A stretch of DNA of 64,000 nucleotides from Basidiobolus meristosporus CBS 931.73. Lineage: Eukaryota; Fungi; Basidiobolomycota. This document shows positions 23,341 to 34,642 of the stretch, piece by piece. Location of the stretch: the NCBI GenBank assembly GCA_002104905.1, contig MCFE01000060.1, forward strand, positions 62,001 to 126,000, written 5' to 3'. The translations under genes and the position numbers were made by a program. The notes beneath the pieces are model-generated. The model ran no database searches, was not told the origin of the DNA, and was given only the letters and a program-made list of their open reading frames with translations. Position 1 is the first letter of the stretch. Every line of letters starts with the position of its first letter.

Positions 23341-25714
23341 CTATGATTTTTGGGCAGAATCAGTTGCAATAGTTGTATACCTTAAAGATAGGAGTTATAA
23401 CCAAATACTTCATAATTCTACTCCGTTTGAAGCATGGTATGGATATAGACCAAGTGCAGAACATCTAAAAATATTTGGGTGCACAGCAAATGATAAGAAA
23501 CTACCTGGAAATCAGTCAAAATTTGCGCCAAAAAGTGTAAATGCATATTCTTGGGCTACTGCAACAAGAGTAAAGCATACAGACTCTACAATATCAAAGC
23601 AAAGAAGCTAATCAAGTCCAGGGATATGTAGTTTGATGAAAACTCAAAATTTTCACAAAAAAAGACATCAGATGATGCCAAAAATTATATCTCAATTCCA
23701 CCAATTGTGAGGGTTGAATCAGAGCAAAACAATGCAATATTTCTCACTCCAGAGGACTATACAACTGTAGTTCAGCCTGAAACAGTGCCCAGGAATATCC
23801 CAGAAGTGATCATTTCAGTATCAAAGGCCCAGAGATCCAATCAAACAAGAAATAGCCCAAATTACTATTTCAATGAGGATACAAACTCAGCCTATGCCTA
23901 TTCAGTCCATATTTATGAGCCCCAGACTGTAAAAAAGACCCTAAATAGCCCTCAGACAAAGTTTTGGAGATCTGCAATGACTGAGCAATACTAGGCCCTG
24001 ATGGAAAATCAAACTTGGGACTTAGTCAAAATACCAATCATCCAAAATTCAATCAGATGCAGATGGGTCTTCAAGACAAATACAAGGTTGATGGAACAGT
24101 TGAAAGATACAAAGCAAGACTTGTGACCAAAGGATACTCTCAAACAAACGGACTTGACTATAGTGAGACCTTGGCACTGGTAGCCAAGTTTAATTCCATT
24201 GGATTAATATTGGCTATTGCAACCAAATATAAGTTATATATTCATCAAATAGATATAAAAGCTGCAATTCTGAGTGGAGAACCTGATGAGGACATGTATA
24301 TGGACCAGCATGATGGGTTTGTTGGTATAAGCCAGATAGAGCAAATGCAGTTCTATTAGCTCTATATGTGGATGATCCTATTATAGCTGCCAATAATCTA
24401 GCAACATTTGGAAGAGACTAAGTCGAGCCTATCAAAGGAGTTGAGGATGTTCAATCTAGGAGAACTCAGTTACTACTTAGAGATTAAGTTCTCCATAGAA
24501 AGAAGTACCCAGACTATTACCCTAAGCCAATCCAAGTATATTCAAGATATACTAAGAAAGCACCAAATGGAAGAATGTAAACCAGCAGCTTCCCCAATGG
24601 AGACAAATCTTAACTTGGTCAATACTCAACCAAGTCAAGAGAGCTTAGTGCCATCTGAAAGCCCTGACTCTCCTTATCAATCGATGATTAGCAGTTGGAT
24701 GTATATTATGCTTGGAACATGTCCAGAGATCTCATATTCAGTAGGAGTTGTTAGCCAACATGATCAGAACTATGGATCTGATCATATAGCAGCAGTTAAG
24801 CAGATTTTGAGATACCTAAAAGGAGCTGCTGATATATGCCTAAAATACACTTATAAGGATTCAGAAAAGAATCTTGCGGGATGCTCTGATGCTGATTGGG
24901 GACAAATTTAGAAGACAGAAGATCCACCACAGGATACACCTTTCTTTACTGTAAAGGAGCAATTTCATGGAATTCAGGAAAGCAAGCTACCATAGTACTT
25001 TCTATAGTACTTTCTACATCAGAGGCAGAGTACATAGCAGTCTGTGAAGCTACAAAAGAAGCTATGTGGTTAAGGAAGCATTTTACAGATTTAGGCTCAT
25101 GTCAGAAAACGCCTATTACTATATTTAAGATAGTCAAGGATGTATACATTTAGGTAGAAATCCAATTTTTCATGCTAGAACCAAGCACACAGATTTAGAC
25201 ATCATTTCATATGTGAAGCTATAGAGAATAGCTTAGTTAGCTTAGTTTACTGTCCTACACATGAAATGATTGCAGATATATTTACCAAACCATTAGCTAG
25301 ACACAAGTTTGAATATCTTAGGTCAAAATTAGGACTAGTCAGCAAGAACATTTAGCTGAGTTGGAGTGTTATAAAAACTTGTAATTCCACCTAAATATTT
25401 ACCTGACTTAGTCACTTAGATCATTTCCTTCAAATCCTAGAGAATACTGACCAAATTCCTTGTTGGGATTTACTTAGAATATTTTCACCAAAATACCAGG
25501 TACCCAGAACATGAAAATTCTCAAAGTTATCCAAACAGCCCCAAACTTTGCACACATGTTCTTGGTACCTTCCTTAACCTATTCTATGTGTGCACAATGC
25601 CAAGACCATGTAAAGTATAAATACTACTTTTACATTAAATAGATCATTAAGTAAAGACCACATAATCTACTTGTCCTCCAAATTACTTTGAATATCTTCA
25701 AAACTCTTACAACA
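23341..25714 (+). mobile_element. pol: copia family C 3' half: INT end, RT (internally deleted), RNase H, PPT, 3' LTR (25367-25714)
   Basis: FWAESVA, YKARLVTKGYSQ, ALYVDD, CSDADWG, RRSTTGYTF, STSEAEYIA, ADIFTKPL; PPT GCTGAGTTGGAG; 348-bp TG...CA LTR. Confidence 0.85.
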
Positions 25715-26677
25715 TGTACAACTTGGTCATCAGTATGGGGATGTTGTTGAAAAGGAAATGCATTGCTCCCAGTGTAAAGGTTTGCTCTAACAGATACCCT
25801 CTATTTTAAGTATCTCTGTCTACCAATTGATTCTATATTTGAGTCAATGGCTTATATCTAGCTAACTTTGCTGCAATTGCACGCTGACTTCTGTACATTC
25901 TCTCTGTGGGAAGGTGGTGCTCTCAGTGTTGGTATTTGGGTAGTAGTAATGTGTGTGAGTTATGGAGTAAATCACCTGGATATCTCATATTTGACAGCAA
26001 TACTCTCCATTGTGGCCAGAAAAGCTGGCTATCTTGCTGATGGTTAGGGTCTCTCCAATGCAAATAATTATATGTGCTTTGACATGATGGCCATTTTGTG
26101 TTATCCTGCTGGAAAGCATACAAATTCATCCTGCAGTGGAAACAGGTAGTTATCCAGGTAGGATGGTGATTTAGGCCCAGATACCAGTGACACAACCTTC
26201 AGATTTTTGCTCTAATACCATAAAATAGGGGGCATATTCAGGTTAATGAGAGTTGGTGGCCAGCAGGATTTACAGGTAGAGTACTTGTTTAATGAGAATC
26301 CATCAAGTGCCAAAGCAATGGCATGGTCATACCTACCTTCTAAGTAGCCCTTGCTTCTTAGCTGTTTATATTGCTTGCCATTGAATATATTGGATATGTT
26401 TACGCTTGATTAACACAGAGTGTGGTACTTTATAGCTTTGCAATATTTGTTGGACTGCAAGAGCTTCTTTAAATGGGGTAGTACCAGAATATATCTGGAG
26501 TATGAACAATGTTTTCCCTCTATGGTGGTGGATTCCTGACAATTTGGGTATGTTGCAATGGTGGCATTTTTGGATGTGAATGCAATGCAACTATTAACAC
26601 AAGGAGGAATCAGGATAGTCTCTTGGTCATATACTGCCAGCCACATGACAGTTGTACACTTGTACCCTATACATGGT
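25715..26677 (-). pseudogene. CACTA/En-Spm (Tnp2) transposase N-terminal and central part
   Basis: CVNSCIAFT...PNC, ALALDGFSL, SCWPPTLINLNMPP, SGPKSP, LFPLQDEF, AMHFLFNNIP. Confidence 0.8.
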
Positions 26678-26735
26678 AGACTTGTTCTGTTGGATAGTGC
26701 CACATTGGGCCATGAGTGCCAAATGGTACCACCGG
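26678..26735. repeat. PHIS-TIR MITE fragment
   Basis: AGACTTGTTCTGTTGGATAGTGCCACATTGGGCCATGAGTGCCAAAT matches the foldback arm start. Confidence 0.8.
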
Positions 26736-27816
26736 TGTGGTGGTGTATAAGTCCAAGGGAGAGATATATTTAACACTTCTCTAGTGTTTGGTGTGTGGGG
26801 TGTTCACTGGGTGCAATAACCTCTGGCAAAAGCTTGCTAGGAATACTGGGTCTTTTGTCTAATCTAATGTGATGGGGGATAAAGCCTCAAGCTTGTCAAA
26901 GGAAAACCATTGAGCTACAATCCCCAACTTGGTTGGCATCTTAACAAAAGTATGTGCTGGGCTCAGTGTCCTTTGAGATGACAATGTACTAAAGCTTCCA
27001 AAGTCAAAACAACTGTAAACTCCACCAACAGGGACTTGATAAGAATGCAGCTTTGACCAATAGTTACAAAGACTGAAAAGTATCTTTGCCTGTACAAGAA
27101 CAAACTTGGGAAAACAAACAAATATAATAAAATATACCTACTCTGAGTATTCCTCACAAGTAGTGCCTCCAAGGTCAGTTGGCTGTCAGCGTGGTTTCCT
27201 GGGAGTGTTGTCAGGTCTGAGTCAGAAAATAGTGGTAATAGGTAGCGGTGATCTCACTAATCAATAAGTTGGAATATTGGAAGAGGGATGATTTATTTTA
27301 AGGGATAGCCTCCCTTATATACTCTTTTTTTGCTGCTCAATTTCTTGCTAGAAAATACTTTCCGGAAGTTTCCAGAACGTAGTAGACAGCCAATCATGTC
27401 ATTGTGTACTAAAAATAGCACAAATTCTTGGCAGATTGTTCCATGAGACATAGTTGCACCTAGCCAATCAGGTAGTGGTAATATGAAACCCCTGTCTCAT
27501 GTGGTTGCCTCTTATGGTAGTAGGATGGGAGGGTTATGGAACCAAGATGGTCACATGACATGGGCACTGTTGGGGGTACTTGCCTTATATGGTAACTATC
27601 TTATCTTGGCATCTCGGCAAGGAATAGGAGTAGCTTGTGCAATGGGTTAATAGTGACAAATAGTTTGTCAGGTTGCATAGTAATAATCACATAGATAGAA
27701 TAGAAAATATTGCAATTTGGGATGATACTAATATAAGGGGGGTAATCCTTTTTTAGGGAAGTGAACATATGAGAATGAGCACATCTGCCTGTGGGTGTCA
27801 CTGTGACCCCACTACA
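26736..27816 (-). repeat. LTR family D, variant with a different U3 middle (~27200-27600)
   Basis: Both ends align with 9036-10106; flanks CCGG and CTGC. Confidence 0.85.
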
Positions 27817-27869
27817 CTGCTACCCTAAGTACTTCTCACAGACTCCAATCAATATTCACATGTATAGGT

Positions 27870-30800
27870 TGTTGCAATATTCTGAGGAGTATTGGAAGTG
27901 ATGTGGAGAACTAGAAGATTTACATGTTATTCACTTGTAGATTTATTGATCAAAAGTATGGTATTTATACTTTTGATAAAGTAGAGGAAACAAACGTGTA
28001 GAGTTTGTTAAGGAAGGTCCCAAGAATATGTGTGCAAAGTTTGGGGTCTTTTGGACGACTTTGAGAAAAATAATAATCTGGGTACCTGATAATTTGGTGA
28101 AAATATTCTAAGTAAATCCCGACAAGAAATCTAGTCAGGACAGAATGCTAATCACAGAATAAGATCTATGTGACTAAGTTAGCATGAATATTTAGGTGAC
28201 AATTCAATAATTACAACACTCCCACTCAACAAAATATTCATGAGTAATAAATACATATTGTGAGTGTGCAATCTGTAATAAGCGTATAAGATTTAACTGT
28301 TTTGCATACTGGACTAATATATTATCCAAAGGTGTATGCATTTGTGTTCAACTTAATAGAACAAGTAACTTGGAATTTAGTATGCATATCTACTTAGTAA
28401 TATGCCTAAAAATCTGAATGATCTGATCATAATACTAATCATCAACTTTGATCAGTTGTACGGGCTTGAATAATAAGCTGAGTCTAATTGACAGATCGTA
28501 ATAATGGTATATAGCCTCTGGGCTATCCAATGCTTCTTATTTGAGCAAAATTGACCCACTTTTGGTCAAGTTAAGGTTTTGTCATTTATGGCAGATCTGG
28601 AGTTTCCTTATTTCCGGCCAACAGTCTAATCCATTTAGACAACTTCACTGTGTGTCCATATTAGGCTCAGGGACAGTTACTTCCATCATATAGATGCTAT
28701 ATGAGGTAAAAAATAGTGACCTACTTTGGGTCAAGTTAAGGTTTTGTCATTTACGCCTGATCCGGATTATCCTTGTTTCCTGGCACTGTGGCACATATAA
28801 CATGGCCAAAAAAAAAGAAGGTTTTTGCTCAACTCTGAGCTGGGATGGCCTGCTCCCACTTGAACCACGTCTGTTAGTGATTCAGATCCACAAATATGAT
28901 CTAGAATGGTCATCTTTGTCTTCTTTAAATAGCAATAACTTTCTTTGGACTGATTACTTCATATGCGGTAGATTCAAAGTCCATTTGCTTCTTGATTCAC
29001 CCGGTTTGGTATTGGACAACACCATGGGTTGTTTGGTAGCTATTCTTAGAGTGCTTCTACTGATTTGGATTGATACAGCTGCTTTTGTCTTATCAGAATA
29101 TACTTGTAGAATAGAGATTGGCGCTTTTCCAGAAGTGAGATTCTCCTTAACAAGGGCTTTGATTATCCTTATTCTCCTGATAGTTATTTTCAACCTTGAG
29201 CTCGGTTTCCAAGGCTAACTGATCTTCTCAGTGTCTTCAGAATCCATAAAAACCATCTGGTTGATCCTTGCACCTTTTTCTTTCAGCTCCATAGACAGCA
29301 GATATCAAGACTTCTGCACTAAATAATCTGTTCCAATATATACTACAATATCTAACAGATCCTGTTGAAGTTTCAAGGCTCTTCTGGGGTTTCTAGCTTG
29401 AGAGCTTCGTACAAGAGGCTCCATAGAACATATCTGCATTGCCAGATAGTCCAAATATGGCTTACATAAGTTTTGGCACCATTTGGGAAGTACCCTAGTT
29501 TGCGGTAGTAGTATTTTCCATTTTTTCTTCTTTTCTTTTTCTGCTGATGACCCAGGGATAATTCCCTTTGTGGGGTGGTTCTGGACTTCCTTGCAGGTGG
29601 GACCACGGTGTTTTTGAGCACAAGAGTCTCCATGACATCATTGTTCCAGAATATCTGACTATTTGAGAGTGAAATAATCAAAATCGGCATCCACTTAGAT
29701 CATTCATAACTTTTGATAGAGTTGACCAAATTTGATCAAATAAACTGCATTTGATAGCTAGCTTCATCAATACTTCGGTATCAGACTCCAATATATCAGT
29801 AATTTGAGTTGCAGAACTTGGCGGTGACTTGATCAATCAAAATTCTTCTGATCTGATCCCGAGAAGTTAAATATCACCAAGTGTTTTCTCCCACTGTAAT
29901 AAGTGATATATATATAACAAGTATAAAGTACTATGTTATCTTCTGAGTGGCTCTTAGCTGTGTACTGACCAACTGTTGCTTGGTTGTATACTCCAATCAG
30001 GCTTGCAATTATATGCGTCACTCCTTTGGCTGGCGGTAGAATCTTCATGAGTTGATTTTGCTAAATTTGTATAATACTTTCTCCCACTGTTTTGAGACTT
30101 AAACAAAGTGATAGCACGTCTAACAGCTCCATATTTAGCTCCTGGTACACTGGTTTCAGTATCAAAACACTTGATACAATTATAGCATTCTTCTAATGGA
30201 TTGTGTAGTACATATCTGTACTCCAGGTGGATATATATGTATTATATATCATTGGGATCCTTACAATTCAGGAAGCTTGTTTCTGAGATCTTTTTCCATC
30301 AGTAGATAGTCCAGAATGGCGGCTAACAGCTCCAGTATTTGCATTCTCAGCTGTATTTTGAGTGGCAATAGATTTTTGGTAAAATCCTCCTCTGGCAATC
30401 ATTAATAATGATCTATATTTTTTTTTTGCAATTCAGGATAATATCCTATCCAAGAGCTCGTCTAACAGTCAATTGGGGTCATATGAATACATATTGCAGT
30501 ATATTTCATTGTAGATCTGGACCCTCAATTGCTGGAATTACGCAATTTTCTTCAGTAGTGGTAGAGCACCAACATACTATATTTCTTGACACAATTACAT
30601 GCCAGTTTGATTGACTCTTCTTCATAACTAACTTGGATAGTTACTGAAGGCATCTTTTGAAGGCAAGGCCTTCTTCTCCACAGCAATATCCTCATAAACA
30701 TAGTCCTTTAGCAGCGGTAGTCTTCTTTAACCTTAGCGGAGCAATAGTGCGGAAAGTCTTTCTCCAGACTAGCAGAAAAGGATCCAAAGCATAGTAGACA

Positions 30801-31181
30801 CCAAGAGGACAGCAAGCTCGGGGCTCATAACCTGTTGCAATATTCTGAGGAGTATTGGAAGTGATGTGGAGAACTAGAAGATTTACATGTTATTCACTTG
30901 TAGATTTATTGATCAAAAGTATGGTATTTATACTTTTGATAAAGTAGAGGAAACAAACGTGTAGAGTTTGTTAAGGAAGGTCCCAAGAATATGTGTGCAA
31001 AGTTTGGGGTCTTTTGGACGACTTTGAGAAAAATAATAATCTGGGTACCTGATAATTTGGTGAAAATATTCTAAGTAAATCCCGACAAGAAATCTAGTCA
31101 GGACAGAATGCTAATCACAGAATAAGATCTATGTGACTAAGTTAGCATGAATATTTAGGTGACAATTCAATAATTACAACA
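27870..31181 (-). mobile_element. Non-autonomous copia-derived element family A (3312 bp) with apparently identical LTRs
   Basis: 349-bp LTRs 27870-28218 and 30833-31181 show no difference by eye. Perfect TSD TAGGT, PBS GGTTATGAGCCCC (30820-30832), PPT GTTGAGTGGGAG (28219-28230). The interior has only eroded INT-SH3/RT/RH traces and no long ORF. Confidence 0.9.
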
Positions 31182-31939
31182 TAGGTGACTATACAAATGT
31201 AAAGACTGGATGATCTGGATATGTATTTATTCAAGTGGTGTTCTGAAGCCATTCCTACCGGGAGTACATTGGAAGCATGGGGAGTCATATGTGGACATTG
31301 TAAGAATATTCATCCAGAAGTAGATCACTAATGCCAACTTGACACATCTACAGCTGTTGTGCAAGGAGTTTGTAACAGGATTTCAGCAGCTATACTACAA
31401 GCATAAAGCTGAATGCATAGATCTCTGCTGCTACTGTATCCATTCTCCACTCCATCTTGCACAGTGTGTGGAGAATATTGGGTCTTAGTTTACCTTTTGG
31501 GAGTTTCCTATGGAGTGGATGTGTGGGGAGATAGGAAGACAAGTCAAGTTTCAAGTACTACAATATCCCAATCTCATCAAGAATATTATGTTCAAGTCTG
31601 TCATGGATGTGATGAGTTGGCACATGGAGGACAGCTAGAAAGAGTTGGAAAATACTGAGGACATGTGTGCACATGGAGACACCTATGTGTATGGCATTAA
31701 GAAGCTAAGCAGCCCCAATACATGGGTAATCAGTTAAGTAAAGCAAACTTGGGTTGGGTGCAACAAGCAACTAATTTTTATCAGGAAAATTCTACCAAGG
31801 TATGCCTGATTTCTCTTGGTCACAAGCCAACTTCTACACCACTCAATACAGAATTCACACAAACAAAAGCCAGAGCGCACCTTCAAGGGGGACTAGAATC
31901 CAGCAGGGTGAAGGAATATATTGCCTAAGTATCAAGAAG
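31182..31939 (+). pseudogene. CACTA transposase C-terminal part (continues 27817-27869)
   Basis: Paralog of the minus-strand copy at 18050-19611; contiguous across the TAGGT TSD. Confidence 0.8.
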
Positions 31940-32249
31940 TGTTGTGTTGTATTATGATGAGTTTGGGGCTTGTTCTACAATGTAGAGGCTAATCAACAGT
32001 ATACAACAACTTCCAGTATGCTAATACTGAAATAGTTTATTGGGAGTTTGATATACCGATAGAAGATATAACTTTCACTAATTTCCTCAATCTTGGGCTC
32101 AAAATATACTGTAGGCAGTGTTTATCACTTCTACAGCAGTGTTCTGACCTTCTGTCGACTAATGGGCTTATTTACTTTTATAGTAACCTTTCCTTATTTG
32201 GAAGTCACTTTCCTTTCTGAGAAAATATTTCCTAATATGGAAATTTTGA

Positions 32250-32505
32250 ACTCCCCTTTAACCTAAAGGGGTGTGTTGTAGAAGTCTCTAAAGGGGTCTT
32301 TAGACCTAAAGGGGTGTCTAAAGGGGTGTCTTTAGAGTAAAGGGGCTTCTTGTAGTGGTCTCTAAAGGGGTCATTAGACTAAAGGGGTGTCTAAAGGGGT
32401 GTCTTTAGAGTAAAGGGGTTTCTTAAAGGGGTCTCTAAAGGGGTCTTTAGACTAAAGGGGTGTCTAAAGGGGTGTCTTTAGAGTAAAGGGGCTTCTTAGA
32501 GGGGA
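32250..32505. repeat. TAAAGGGG tandem array inside LTR F
   Basis: 14 TAAAGGGG copies plus one TAGAGGGG, arranged in ~70-bp higher-order units. Arrays of differing length at ~42215-42440, 53505-53945 and 56960-57130. Confidence 0.9.
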
Positions 32506-33190
32506 CTTTTCTGACAGAAAAGTGGTAGTTTCTTGTAGAACTTAGATTGGATTCTTGTGAGCTTTGCAGTCTCTTTACTGATGTAGTACTGATCAAAGTC
32601 AGAATACTCAACAGTGCAAGTGATGCAGGGGAAGTCTTATAACCTTTAAACTTGTAATCGTAGTGTGGAGATTCTGGAAAGAGAGGCTCTCTCTTTATTT
32701 TTCAGCTGGGGAAGTCATATATATGAAAATTTTGAAGGATCAAAGTTTTTGGGCAATTGCGCAAGCAATACACGTGATACAAAGCTAAAATTTTGCAGTA
32801 GCGCAGATCGGACATAGGCGCAGCACCTGTGAAAATTACACGTGATTTGATTGGCTGGTTCAAAAGTTACACGCGATCAAAGTCACCATAGTAATCCTAG
32901 CAATAAGGCATAGTATATATAATAGTTGGACTCTTTTGGTCATAACTCCTTAAGTACTGCTTCAAATGAGCTGTAATATGAAACATGTGTTGGCTACTAC
33001 GTGTTCTGTATGACATAATATTCTTGGGTGGATTGCTTGTCAGGGTCTGGAGCATTTGCTCTTCAAAGTTGGAAATTCTTGATCTTTCTCTTGTGTGTTA
33101 CGATAGTAAAAAGCAAAATAAAGAAATGAGTGCAATATTGGTTTAGAGATATTGTAGTAATGGAATACTTTCCATTACCACAAGTCTCCC

Positions 33191-34642
33191 CTAACTTTGA
33201 GAAATAATGCCCTCATTATTACTTCTGATATGGAACTTCTTCAATCTGTTACCAGGTTGTGTCAGTGCAAGTGGTGTACCGTCAAGTTCTGCTAGTTTGT
33301 AAGATCCATTTTTGTTTGCATGTATGATCTTGTAGGGACCTTGCCATTGCATATCCAGCTTGGATGCCTTGTTTCTTTGGCTTTTTGTGTTGTGAAGTAG
33401 TATCAACTCACCTACTTCTAACGATGTTTTTCTTAGGCATTTTGGAGCGTCAAAGTACTCCTTGCCAGCCATTCTGGATTTCTTCAGGTTTTCTATTGCA
33501 TTCTGTTGCAGAGTGTGTGCTTGTTGAATCTGTTGTACTCTTGCTAGCAATAGCTCTGATGTTGTCATTGTTGGTTTCCATGGGAGGGTAAGCCAATTCT
33601 CAAAAGATATGTCTATCGGCAAAACAGCTTCATGTCCATATATTAAAAAAAATGGTGTATACCCTGTACTTCTTTTAACCGTGACTCTATCAGACCAAAT
33701 TGCTGCATGAAAGTTATTTGCCCATTTGTTGGGCTCTTCATAGCTAAGCTTTGCTAATGTGTTTGCAAAAGCAGAATGTCCACGTTCAACTGGTGAGTTT
33801 GCTTGTGGGTGATATGGCGTAGTATGTATAAGCTTGGTTCCATGCTTTGTTGCTAGTGCTTGTATTTCATAAGATCCACATTCTCCATTGTCTGCAATAA
33901 GGGTGCCAACTGAACCATGTCTGAGATATACATCTTCTTTGAGAAATCTTGCTACTGCTTTTGCATTGGCTTGTTTTAGCATTTTAGCCTCTATCCAACC
34001 AGTAAAGTTATCACAACAGTCCACCACATACTTATACCCAGCTGTTGCCCTTGGTAAATGTATAATATCTACATGTGCAATTTGCCAAGCATAAGATGTG
34101 TATATACTGTGAAGTGGTTCATGCATCTTTTGGTTGTCTCTTCTTTGACATGGAATACATGATTTCACATATTCTTTTGTGTCGGTGTAAAGTGTTGGCC
34201 AAAAATACCGTAAGGAGATTTTTGCATATGTTGATGTAATTCCCTTATGACCTCCTGATTCAGATTCATGCAATTCTTGAATGATCTTCTCTTGATCATG
34301 CTTGTTATGTATATACCATCGAGGAACTCCATGTTTGCTTTTTCTGAAAAGTGTGCCGTCATGCAGTATAAACTTCAGAGCCTTCTTTTTAAAATTTGTG
34401 CGTTGATTTGTGGGAATATCAGCAGGAACTTTGAGTGATGTAAGAAATTCCTTGATTTGTTGATAATTGCTTTGTATCATATGTCTGAATGAGAATCCAA
34501 GACTAGTGTTTTCAAGGAACTCATCAATCTCATCATCATCAGTTGAGTACGGTGAATTTGGTTGCTTTCTAGATAAGGCATCAGGTCCTTTGTGATTGGC
34601 TCCTGGTATGTGTTGCAGCGTAAAGTCAAAGACCTGGATGTA
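33191..34642 (-). CDS. pol: Integrase of F copy 1 (HHCC, D,D35E, GPY/F), in frame with RT-RH across one stop
   Basis: HESESGGHKG...CIPCQ, HVDIIHL, IADNGE, YHPQANSPVERGH, WQGPYKI. TAA at 34643-34645 corresponds to Ser in copy 2. Confidence 0.85.
   Translation of the reverse strand, partial: YIQVFDFTLQHIPGANHKGPDALSRKQPNSPYSTDDDEIDEFLENTSLGFSFRHMIQSNYQQIKEFLTSLKVPADIPTNQRTNFKKKALKFILHDGTLFRKSKHGVPRWYIHNKHDQEKIIQELHESESGGHKGITSTYAKISLRYFWPTLYTDTKEYVKSCIPCQRRDNQKMHEPLHSIYTSYAWQIAHVDIIHLPRATAGYKYVVDCCDNFTGWIEAKMLKQANAKAVARFLKEDVYLRHGSVGTLIADNGECGSYEIQALATKHGTKLIHTTPYHPQANSPVERGHSAFANTLAKLSYEEPNKWANNFHAAIWSDRVTVKRSTGYTPFFLIYGHEAVLPIDISFENWLTLPWKPTMTTSELLLARVQQIQQAHTLQQNAIENLKKSRMAGKEYFDAPKCLRKTSLEVGELILLHNTKSQRNKASKLDMQWQGPYKIIHANKNGSYKLAELDGTPLALTQPGNRLKKFHIRSNNEGIISQS

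Noticed and set aside
29945-30225. ~94-codon open stretch (YVLHNPLEECYNCIKC...) as cargo in the non-autonomous element
   Set aside because: It has no start codon, is flanked by stops and lies where the INT-RT linker is expected. Too weak to call.
32250-32505. CRISPR array or telomeric repeat
   Set aside because: There are no unique spacers and no cas genes. The array is an internal part of every LTR F copy and is not a pure TTAGGG-type run.
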